Below, in pieces: positions 13,425 through 24,469 of a stretch of 64,000 nucleotides of DNA; the stretch's first letter is position 1; each line of letters opens with the position of its first letter. The position numbers were made by a program, and so were the translations under genes. The stretch covers positions 73,100,001 to 73,164,000 of the forward strand of contig NC_058368.1 of the NCBI RefSeq assembly GCF_018350175.1, read 5' to 3'. The DNA comes from Felis catus (taxonomy: Eukaryota). The notes under the pieces are model-generated. The model searched no databases and was not told the origin of the DNA. It saw nothing but the letters and a program-made list of their open reading frames with translations.

Positions 13425-14456
13425 TTCAGAAAAGATTTGGTCAGCCATCTGAATAGACTAGCTGCATCTCTATTCATTCTGTTCTGTGTGGTCCAAGGCA
13501 AGAGGTTAGTTCTTAAGGGTATGAGGACAGATGCATCTGAAAATGCATTCCTTAGGGAGAACGGAGACGTTCTTTTCTAAGAAGGTCATAAACAGATCAC
13601 ATTGCATTAGGAGTTTCTCTTGCCCTGGTTTCTGGACCCTGGAGAGCTGAGCTTTATGAACTACAAGGTACAGTTATCTGATTAGTACTGAAGAAAACAT
13701 CTTTTCTATGAGCTCTTAAAGCAAAACTAAGTTTCGTCAATGATTCTCCCCAGAAAAGTCCGGTATCTTTCATTTGAGCTATAAGGCCTCTGCTGGCAAA
13801 CATCCATACTTTCCCATAGCTGCTTCTGGCCGATTTAAAAGTCACCTCATGAATTGGGGACAGGACAGGTTGGAGGTATGGAAAAACACCACCATTGCAA
13901 TTCAGAAGTACTGTCATACTACCAATAACCAAAAATAAAGCTGTAGAAAGGAGAGGAGAAGGGAGGTAGGCAGAAGAGATCAAGGGACTGGCAAAGCAGA
14001 GCATTAAAAAAAAAAAAACCTGTGTATAAAACAGGATGTTTTAAATGAACACAGCACTGAGCTATTCTAAAGCACAACAACAAACACACACTCTTCTGGA
14101 ACATCTGGGAGCAAAGATGAGAGAAAGTTATGGCCTTTCTCTTCCTATTTCTTAGAAATACAGATGATGGATCGCAACATTTACCAAATAAAACATAAGA
14201 ATAAGTAGAAAACCTACCAATGTGCTTAAAAGTTTCTTTTGTCTAATGAAGCAAGCCAAACAGAAACAAGTATTTGAGTATTATCAGGGTCTCATACTTT
14301 CCAACATTTATTTAATATAACTTACACAAGAGAGCTTACACCCCAAAAAAGTGGGGGATGGAGATCCTCATTCCTATTTTCCAAGGTATTAACTACATTT
14401 CCCTCTTTCACGTTTATGGGTTCATAAAAGTTGCATTTAGGAAACAAGCGATCCGA

Positions 14457-14686
14457 GGGGTGCCTGGGTGGCTCAGTCGGTTAAGCGGCCGACTTCAGCT
14501 CAGGTCATGATCTCACCATTCATGGGTTTGAGCCCTGCGTCAGGTTCTGTGCTGACAGCTCGGAGCCTGGAGTCTGTTTTGGATTCTATGTCTCCCTCTC
14601 TCTGACCCTCCCTCATTCATGCTCTGTCTCTCTCTGTCTCAAAAATAAATAAATGTTAAAAAAAAATTTTTTTAAAGAAAAAAAAA
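14457..14686 (+). mobile_element. Can-SINE
   Basis: Full body with degenerate TSD gaaacaagc(g/a)at(c/t)cga. Confidence 0.97.
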
Positions 14687-16281
14687 GAAACAAGCAATTC
14701 GACTTTTAGTTTAGTTATGCTGCAAAGGACTGCTTGGCTTTTTATAAGTTTCAGTTCGCCATCTGCTGAGTAAGGACTCCAGTCTTGGTGAGGTCCCCCC
14801 ATCATTTACAGAAACATCATTGTCCTCCTTTTAGTACTCACCACATCTCCACCAGATTACATAACGAACCATGCACTAGACCTAGACAAAGAAAGGTAAG
14901 CCTGGCTTCTTAAAGCACATGCAAGCAAGAAAAGGATACCTTAAGTGGGAGAGAATTTAGAACAGCATACATCTGGACAATACTAATATTTTGTTTTCAG
15001 AGTCTTCACTGACATAATGTCATTCGATTCTTACAAGAGACTCTGGAGCCTAAAGGTCATCAATGTTTCTGGGGCGGGGGGGGGGGGGGGGAGGAAGAGG
15101 GAGGGAATTCAGCAATTACCAAAGGTCAGCAAAAACAAAAATCTTTTATAAAAAATAAATAAATAAGACTGAAACTTGGGCGGATGGTTTGAAATGTCTG
15201 TATATTCTTTAACAAATCAAATCCACCAGAAATTGTATTTCCCACAGACACTGGTTGCTAGCAGTAAGTCAGTTCACTATGAATCCAGTACTGTTAGGTA
15301 TTCCAACTACATCCTGGATAGTTTAAAACTAAAGACACTCAGTGCTAGCCTTAGGAAAACTATAACAGTGGTTATATATACTTGGAAGAGTTTATTTTTC
15401 TTTTCAGGGCACACAGGTTTGAGAGCTGCCTACAGCAGGAAGCTATTGCTGATTATTTTTGGTACCAACAATGTCCCCAGAAACATATAGAGAATAAAGA
15501 AACTAGATTTTACACCAAAGCACTGTTCCTGTCCCCATGCATGGCGTCCCTGGGCTGTGCGGAAAGAAGGTAGGTGAGAGTAGAGACGCAAAACCTGAGA
15601 AAAACGAGGGGGTCCTCTCCTTGGCCATATGACTGCATGCAGACCAGCCCTTCCCTTCCTGGGCCACAGCCACAGGAGCAAATTTAGATTTAGTTCAAGG
15701 ACAAAGGAGAATCTGCAAAACATTGATAGCTTTAGGTTTCTCCAAGGAGAAAAGAAGTAGCAAGCAAGGCTCTATAGCAAGCTTCTCACTAATGTAGCCA
15801 ACAGTAAGTTCAACAGCGTATTAAAGCTCAGCTGTGAAGGGCACTTTGCCTTGAAGGTACAACCCACCATAAAACACAATCGTCACCAGAAAGAACTCAC
15901 AGGCAGGGAAGGCCAGCAAGTAGTCAAATTACAAGCATGTGCTTGGTTTCTTTGTAAATTACAACAGCAACAGCTCAGAAACTGTCTGAGACCTGGAAAG
16001 TAACATTTGAGCTTCATCTTGAAAGATGAGTGGGAGTCTATCATCTGATCTGTGACAAAAGCATTGTACCTACAAGGAAAGGCATATAAGAATGAATATC
16101 AGCATTTAGGAAAGAGCCTAGATTTTATAGGAAATGGTGAGAGGTTTAGTGTGGGAATTGCAGAGTGATCCAAAGGAGAGATTCTTCAGGGGTTCTTTCA
16201 GCAATGCACTGGCTACATTGTTGGGTTGGGGGCGGGGGGGGGGGAGGGTGAAAACACATAATTTTTGGTTTTAGCTGATTT

Positions 16282-16487
16282 TTTTAATGTTTATTTATTT
16301 TTGAGAGACAGAGAGAAAGAGAGAGAGAAGAGGAGGGGCAGAGAGAGAGGGAGACACAGAATCTGAAGCAGGCTCCAGGCTCTGAACTGTCAGCACAGAG
16401 CCTGACATGGGGCTTGAACCCATGAACCGTGGGACCATGACCTGAGCTGAAGTCGGACCCTTAACTGACTGAGCCACCCAGGTACCC
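16282..16487 (-). mobile_element. Can-SINE
   Basis: Antisense body with TSD tggttttag(c/g)tgattttt. Confidence 0.97.
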
Positions 16488-16543
16488 TGGTTTTAGGTGA
16501 TTTTTAAATTAATCACATAATGACATTTAAAATGTCTATTTCT

Positions 16544-16767
16544 TTTTTTTTAAGTTTTTTTAATGTTTTATTTATTTTTGACAGAGAGAGAGAGATAGAG
16601 CATGAGCAGGGGAGGGGCAGAGAGAGAGGGAGACACAGAACCCGAAGCAGGCTCCAGGCTCTGAGCTGTCAGCACAGAGCCCAACGCGGGGCTCGAACCC
16701 AGGAACTGTGAGATCATGACCTGAGCCGAAGTTGGATGTTCAACCTACTGAGCCACCCAAGCGCCCC
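16544..16767 (-). mobile_element. Can-SINE
   Basis: Antisense body with perfect TSD taaaatgtctatttct. Confidence 0.97.
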
Positions 16768-19483
16768 TAAAATGTCTATTTCTATCTCCAACTCAAATAT
16801 ATTCTTTTCTTTTAATGAAAGGAGATATTCACTAAAAGCTTCAGATTAAATCCTGTGAAAAATCATCCATAGTCATCAATCCTTATGATTTCTTCAACTA
16901 TTCAAATTAAAGAGTGAAAATATAACACAAACACTTCCCAAATCGCCCCACAAAATAATGCATGGCTATTCAAGACAGGGAAAAAATATATGCTTTAAAA
17001 GGAAATAATTAAACATGGATTTACCAAATATCAGTTCTTATGTCTGAAACTACCAAATCTGGTTTCTCTCATCACCCAGGCAGGAAATGCAGCAATTAAA
17101 CAACAGCTTTGCCAGACTGAGGCATAAAGACACAGGTGCCATGCAAATACCAAGATGTTTATTCCATTTAAGAAAACGCTCCATGTGCCATGCAAGCCAT
17201 AGTCACGAAGCACTATGCATTGAAGAGAAATGGCTCATTTTACAAGAGGCAATTGGGGGAAAAAAAGAGTGAAATGTCTTTTTTGCTGCTTATACAACAA
17301 TGGAAAATGTATCTTGAGTTAAACTCAATTAGTAGCATGTGGTTTGCCTGACACGGTGATACTACAATTGACATTATTGATAAAGTTACCAGTATCTCTA
17401 CAAAAAATCAACATGTATGATCACGTTTTAATCAAATGAAATAGTCCTTCTTCCCATGGATTTTCCAAGAGGTTTATTATACGCAAAATCAAGCAGCACA
17501 CATCTTATTCTGACAATTTATTACTTCCTTCTGAGTATGACCTCAATGGATGCCATATCCATTTCCCGAAGTGAAGGGGCCATGTCCACACGTCTTCACA
17601 GCACAGGTCACTTCAACCAACCAAACACATCTTGAATGTCTATGTTTTTCCAAATACCGTACAAGGTACCAGGATCCAGCAATTCATCAGAAACCATTTC
17701 TGCCTGAGAGAGCTGGCAGCCTCGTTTTATTATAACAGTTACTCACAAAACAATTATTCATAGTTAGCACCAAGAAATACTGGCTGAATAAATGGGTGAA
17801 TATACATGTAAGTAAATAAATGCCAACCGCTATTTCAAAAATGTTTAGAACAACAGAGTTGCTGCTTTTATTTTGAAAGTTCGTTTCCATTCTCAGAAAA
17901 AAAAAAATCATCTCATGTGTATTGACTCTTGGGAATTTCCCACCAAGCTCTGATCAAGCACTTGCTCATGCCCTGCTAGGAGGGTTTGGTGTTTGTGGTT
18001 TCAGGAGTGAGTATAATGTTTCATTGATCTCACTTCTATTAGCGTTAGCTACAAAATTACTCGTATATATTAATATATATAATATATAGTATCCAAATAA
18101 GGCACATATACGCATACATATACAAACATATATATGCATACATACACATACCTTTCCTAATAAAGAGGTCAAAGAAATCAATGGTAGTGGTAAAAAGAAA
18201 ATATAAAACCTGCTCTTCCCCTTTATTACAAACTTTCAGGATCTTTGCTAAACAAAACACACATTGCTCTAAAAGTCAGTCACACTTACATGGACATAAG
18301 AGACCTCTTCCAAGGTGCCTCCCAGACTGCACCCTGGTCTAAGCAGAGAAGGCCACGGTGATCCTTTAAAATCCTACTGCAAGTTCAAGAACTGTCATTT
18401 GCACAATCCCTCTCCTATAGGCAGAACTTTTAACATTTCGCTGCATTCTTTGATGGTCTTTTAACTTGACTAAAGTCCCTGAGGGCTGGTACTATGAACC
18501 ACTCATCTTTAAATGCTTGCTACTCAGCATAGTCCAGGTCAGACCCCACCAGTGCAGGAAAGGAGACTCAGTGATGAGTTTTTATGTATTAAATTAAATT
18601 TAAAAGGCATTTTCTTTGGAGATATTTTGTAATCCCCCTTGAAATAGCTGAGGATCCCCTAGCATATCACAATACGAGAGTTGGAAATTTCTGTCCCAAA
18701 TATCATGCTTCTAAAATATATTAGCTTGTTCCTATGTACCTTAGGGAGAATCCCAGGCCTGAAATAAACTAGTAAGACCTCAAATACAGCAAGGCAATGA
18801 GCCTAACACAGATTTATTAAAGCCTTAATTCCCTTCTCTTACCTTTCTAGCAAATTACTCCCCTTTACAATATCCCAGGATATTAAAAAAAAAAACTGTT
18901 ATATATTACATTACACTCTTTCATGAATATACCAATACTGTGAAAGAGCAGAAACTAGGACATAACTAGTTTGATACACAGTAAGTACTGTGCGATCCCA
19001 CAGCTACAAGGTTCAGGGAAGAATAAAGCATTTGCCCAGTGCAATCTAATTAAGCGGAAATATGCCCTTCCAGACACAGGGTTCCAAACCAGAAGTCCCC
19101 CTGAAGTTCCATATCAAACCCCAGGGATTACAACATAGTGGAAATTGGCACAAAGGTTAGCCTTGTACCTGGGGAAAAAATTTAACTTTCTTAAATCCTA
19201 AATTCCTGATGCTTCAGCCATGGTACCCAACCAAGTTTTCATGACACACTACCATGGACGTGCTACTATAGGTGGGGGGAGGGTGTCAAAAACAAAGCTA
19301 ACAATAATACTTAAAATATTAAAAGTCATTAATAATGTATTTTTGATAAATTACGGCAGTTTCAAAATTATCTCTTCAACATCATTACTGCCACTTGCAT
19401 CCCAATAGGTTTTCTTGAGTGCAGAGAAGAGAGAAGAGTTATAAGAACATCAAGGATGGACCATGCAAAAGAGAATTCTTGCA

Positions 19484-19948
19484 AGAGGGTTCCTGTTTCT
19501 ACTACTCACCAATGAGAAAGAATGAAATCCTGCCATTTGCAACAACGTGGATGGAACTGGAGGGTATTATGCTAAGTGAAATAAATCAGTCAGAGAAAGA
19601 CAGATATCATATGTTTTCATGTATATGTGGAATTTGAGAAACTTAACAGAAGACTATGGGAGAAGGGAAGGGGAAAAATTGTTATAAACAGAGAGGGAGG
19701 CAAACCATAGGAGACTCAAATACAGAGAATAAACTGAGGGTTGATTGGGGGGCGGGGAGGCAGGGGAGAGGGGAAATGGGTGATGGGCATTGAGGAGGGC
19801 ACTTGTTGGGATGCACACTGGGTGTTGTATGTAAGTGATGAACCACAGGAATCTACCCCCAAAACCAAGAGCACACTGTATAAACTGTATGTTAGCCAAC
19901 TTGACAATAAACTATATTTAGAAAAAAAATATATTAAAAAATAAAAAT
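19484..19948 (+). mobile_element. 5'-truncated carnivore/felid L1 (ORF2 C-terminus, 3' UTR and A tail) with a short 5' inversion
   Basis: Encodes YYSPMRKNEILPFATTWMELEGIMLSEINQSEKDRYHMFSCICGI (L1 ORF2 end). Has a G-rich 3' UTR, an A tail and a perfect 15-bp TSD aagagaattcttgca (19469-19483 and 19949-19963). Confidence 0.97.
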
Positions 19949-20082
19949 AAGAGAATTCTTGCACATATGGTTGCCATGCATCATGGAGGTTCACTGTGAA
20001 ATCAAATACATTAAAACATTGAGAAACACTCAGAAAAATTAAACAAAATATACTTACAGATAGTCTGAAGTAATTCTCTTGG

Positions 20083-20084
<2 letters not shown>

Positions 20085-20125
<41 letters not shown>
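20085..20125. repeat. (TG)n microsatellite
   Basis: Read directly. Confidence 0.99.
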
Positions 20126-20128
<3 letters not shown>

Positions 20129-20616
20129 CATGGCTGAAAAACAGGGTGTTAGCATTTATAATATTTTTATATTTCAGATATCTGAGGCAGACCCCTTAAA
20201 GAATCATAATTTGTTAGAATTTTAATTACTTTTTTCCTAAGGCTGATCCTATAACCTCTGAGACACTGAAAAATTACAGTAAAAACAGTGTAGCCCTCTC
20301 TCAAAGCAAACATAATGATCATCAGTTTTAAACACTGACTTCTTCTGGAATGGCTGAGATGTGGAAGGCAGTTCATCTGTATGAAGTGAGTCCAGAGCAT
20401 TGTACTTCTTTTGGTTTTATGGCTGCTTCTCATTGTTTTTGTGTTTCTCATTCCACATTCATTAATTCAATTCATGCAATCATTTTTCAGACACGTGATA
20501 TAGAGAGCAGCTTGCTGTCAGTATACATGCCTCCAGTCATAGAAAATTCATTCTTCCTCAATATGGATGCATTCTTACTTTCTCTGTAGCTTGGAGATGT
20601 GATGTCTAAACCTCCT

Positions 20617-20824
20617 GGAGTGCCTGGGTGGCTCAGTCAGTTAAGTGTCTCGCTCTTGGTTTCAGCTCAGATCATGATCTCGCGGTTTCATGAGTTCATC
20701 TCGCGTGGGCTCTGAGCTGGCAGCATGGAGCCTGTTTGGGATTCTCTCTCTCTCTCTCTCTCTGCCCCTCCCCCACTCATGATGTCTCGTCTCTCTCGAA
20801 ATACATAAACTTAATTTAAAAAAT
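20617..20824 (+). mobile_element. Can-SINE (older type)
   Basis: Head ggagtgcctgggtggctcagtcagttaag, (CT)n tract, TSD taaacct(c/t)ct. Confidence 0.95.
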
Positions 20825-21701
20825 TAAACCTTCTTGATTTCTTCTACAAAGTCCCCAAAATGTAGGAACAAATTCTCAACATGCTTGGGAGGCTTGGACA
20901 AGCACAGGAAGAAGAGAATGAGAGCTGCTGACCACTTCCCTCCCAGGCAGGACCCACTCCCACTGTCTATTGAGGAAGGTGCATCCCACCCATCTGACTT
21001 CTATTTCGTGCCTGGACTTACCTGAAGAGCCTCGCTTACCTGAACAGCCTCTTCCCAGCACCTGATTTCTCATCTCACACCCACGCCCCTTGGCTGCCAC
21101 CCAGGCTCCAAAGTCCAGTTTGTCCATGAGAAACCCTTGTTTCATTCCTGCCAGTTCCTTTCAGTAAATCCCTCTATTTACAAGTGTCTTTCCTCAACTC
21201 AGGTAAACCCTCCCCTGCCCAATCTAGCCTCCTACAATTTTTTTGCAAGATTGCAAACTCCTGCAACAAGGAAGTCTAATGCTGTAACTGAGCCCTGCCT
21301 TTCACTCTGGATCCTTTAAAATCAAAATTGGCCCCAATCATACTTGATTTTTTTTTTATGTTTGGCTTCTTAGACTGGTGTTTCTCCATTCTTTCACCAT
21401 CAGGCATCACATAAAAATTGATTATAGTATTTGGCATTCTCTGTAAATGGAAGAAGCAGGAGGCTCCAGGAGTTCTGTGGTCCCTCCCAGTCACCTTGAA
21501 GGGATAAATACCTCACACTCCTATGGGCCATTCAAGGCACAGAGGTGGGAAGATCTAAATTGCTAGAAGAAGCCAGAGTTCAGCTTGGACTGTATCCACA
21601 GAAGAAGCCCCCTGGACACTATATTAGCTGCCAGACCTGAGGGTTTTGAGGGTAAATCCTGAAACTTCAAGTGCCCTTCCCAGCCCAAATTAGGCCTCCA
21701 G

Positions 21702-22152
21702 CTGTATTCATCTTCTAGGGTTCTCATAACAAAGTACTGTAAACTGGAGAATTTAACCACCAGAAATGTATTGCCTCACAGTTTTGGAGGCCAGAAGCCA
21801 AGGTCAAGGCATCAGCACTGCCAGTTCCTTCTTGGGTTATGAAGGAGAATGTTTCATGACTCCCTCTCCAGCTTCTTCTGGTGGTTTGCTAGCAATTTCT
21901 AGTGCTCCTTGGCTTATAGAAGCATCACCTCAATCTCTGCCTTCATCTTCACATGTGTCTCTGTGCCTAAATGTCTTCTTTGTATAAGGACTCCAGTCAT
22001 TTTGGATTGAGGACCCACTCTACTCCAATATGACTTCATCTGAACTAATTGCATCTGCAATGACCTTATTTCCATCTACAGTCATATTCTGAGGTGCTGG
22101 GTGATTGGACATCAACATATGAATTTGGGAAGAATACAATTCAACTTATGAC
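21702..22152 (-). mobile_element. MaLR solo LTR (MLT1B/C-like)
   Basis: Antisense MLT1 signature: ataacaaagtactgtaaactgg...cagaaatgtattgcctcacagttttggaggccagaag...aattcaacttatgaca. Confidence 0.85.
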
Positions 22153-22664
22153 ACCACAGATGACATTAACCAACACCTGTGGATTACAGACAGGGCCTGG
22201 CATACTGCAGGCGGTGCCCACTACATCCGGAATAAATGAAGACATGAACACATAACCCTTACTGCAAGAACTCACTCAGCAAGGGCTGATTATCTGGTTT
22301 GGGGTGATGTGGTTTTCTTGATCACTACTGATCGCTGATTCCTACTGAAGAGAGAAGTACTTCAGTGGAAAAGTTGCTAAGACTGTTTCCTGAAAACTAG
22401 AGGCACTCCTTGCTATCTGATCACAGCAGAAGGCTCTGAATTTGAAGTTCCAGTGCTATAAATAGCAGTTAATCTTATCCTTCAAAATGTCATATATACT
22501 TATAAAATAGATCTTAGTGTCATAGAAGAGTCTCTGAGTAATTCGATTTATAGGAAAAGAAGGCCAGAGAGAACAAACTATATTATAATTAATTACACAT
22601 GCAAATGGCAGACTAAATTTAGATGCACAATTACATGTCTAATCACAGCTGGCAAAGGCTGGAA

Positions 22665-22925
22665 ATCGCACGCTTGGACTAAGAAGCGTGCCTCCTGCTC
22701 CGCTCAGGTGCTCAGACACCATCAGTCGCCTCGCTGAAGACCACTCTGGCTCTGGATGCTAAGGGGAAAACCTGGGAATGTAGTCCCGGAAGCGCCCGCC
22801 CTCCCGCCATGGTGACGTCACTTGGTCTCTCCGCGACTCACCAGCCCCAGCACACGTGCAAATATTGCACAGCGTGGCAGTTCTGCAGTGAGGACTTACC
22901 CCCAACTGCAGCCACCGGGAAACGA
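22665..22925. promoter_or_regulatory. Small CpG-rich promoter/enhancer-like element
   Basis: Abutting motifs: ZNF143/M4-like TGGGAATGTAGT (22773-22784, one base short of the usual spacing), ETS CCGGAAG (22786-22792), GC box GCCCGCCC (22794-22801), YY1-like CCGCCAT (22804-22810), perfect CRE palindrome GTGACGTCAC (22812-22821), E-box CACGTG (22853-22858). CpGs are retained locally. Confidence 0.65.
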
Positions 22926-23221
22926 AGGGAGATAACAACTTTGTTATCACTGCTACTGGCCAAACAGCTGTGATTGTGTGCAACTGCTACTTAAGTGCAA
23001 GAAATGTCAGGAAAGACCTTCTGGATCCAAGAAAGAGAGTCTTCCGTGCACTCAAGTCATATGGCAGGTGGCCTTGTGTCCTTCCCCCAACTCTGAAACA
23101 ATTAGCTCTGTAGGATTATGCTGATGGCCACAGTGCAGTCTGTGGAGGACAATTGCTAAAAATAGTGATTGATACACAGATATAAATATGTATGTGCTAA
23201 GCACTGTGTGTATGTGTGCAC

Positions 23222-23227
<6 letters not shown>

Positions 23228-23260
<33 letters not shown>
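23228..23260. repeat. (AG)n microsatellite
   Basis: Read directly. Confidence 0.98.
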
Positions 23261-23265
<5 letters not shown>

Positions 23266-23424
23266 TGAAAGCCACTTTGCTGATATCCCCAAATCATTGT
23301 GCTACAGGTTCCAAGTTTACAAACCAAATTGTTAGCGATTTTTCTGAGGGTACCTACCAAAGTGTATCTGTGAACAGATACACACCTGTATGGTTTCCAC
23401 ATTCAAAATGTATGCATGTGCCCA

Positions 23425-23430
23425 TGTGCG

Positions 23431-23471
<41 letters not shown>
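23425..23471. repeat. (TG)n microsatellite with TGCG interruptions
   Basis: Read directly. Confidence 0.98.
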
Positions 23472-23472
<1 letters not shown>

Positions 23473-23965
23473 CTCCCAAAACAGCTGTAAGGTACTGCAA
23501 AGAATAATAGTTCGGGAGTTAATCAGGAGTCCTGATTTGAGTCCCAGTCCTGCCACTAATGAAAAATGGAAAGAATGATTTCTGCCACCCCAACTGTGAG
23601 CATGAAATGAAAGAGATCGTGTGAGAGCATGTGATAAATTGCAAAAAACAAAATGACATTCCTGAGTCTCACAGGTAAGGTAAGAATCATGTGAAAGTTT
23701 CAGGACATTTTGTGCTCTTCCAGGTGGTGACATGATTGACCCTTCCGGACCCTGCAGACACTTTGGGCACATCCCCAGCTTGCACCCAGTTGGTGCCACA
23801 CTGGATTATCCTATCCTGAGACTTTGCTGTGGGACTGGAGCATGAGAGAAAATGGTGAAGAGGCCAAGTTTCTCTTCAATGTTTTACACCTTGCCTTTTT
23901 ATGCCCCTTCCCTCTTTTTTTTGGAGGCTCATTCTCTCATGCAACCAGAGAAGAGAGGGACAAAA

Positions 23966-24469
23966 ATGTATCCCCCGCTTACTGGCAAGGGATACCTCCC
24001 AAGACCCTCAGGGGATGCCTGAAACTGCAGCTAGCACCAAACCCTACACATACTGTTCTCCCTACACACACATACCTATGATAACATTAATTTATAAAGA
24101 AGGCACAGTAAGAGATTGAAAACAACTAATAATAAAATAGAACGACACACTGTAATATACAACATAGAAATAATTGTTAGATACAATAATATCGTTATAT
24201 AACAATATACTGCGATAAAAGTTACGTGACTGGTCTCTCTCTCTCTCTCTCTCTCTCTCAAAATATCTAATTGTACTGAACTCATTCTTCTTGTGGTGGT
24301 GTGAGATGATAAAGTGACCACGTGATGAGATGGTGTGAGGTGAGTGACGTAGGCATTGTGACCTAGCATTAGGCTACAGGAGGATCATCCACTTCCTGAC
24401 AGCAGTTGACTGCACATAAGTAAAACTGTGGAAAGCAAAATGGTGGATAAGTGGGGTGGGGGGCTACTG
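23966..24469. mobile_element. MER2-like (TcMar-Tigger) non-autonomous DNA transposon
   Basis: Degenerate terminal inverted repeats (gtatcccccgcttact ... gataagtggggtgggggggctactg) and MER2-type internal sequence (caagaccctcaggggatgcctgaaact; ggcacagtaagagatt). Confidence 0.8.

Noticed and set aside
19419..19637. 72-aa ORF with real protein similarity
   Set aside because: It is the C-terminus of L1 ORF2 in a truncated insertion, not a host gene.
23052..23799. 112-155 aa ORFs near the promoter-like element
   Set aside because: They span (AG)n and (TG)n repeats and a MIR-like stretch; low complexity with no recognisable domain.
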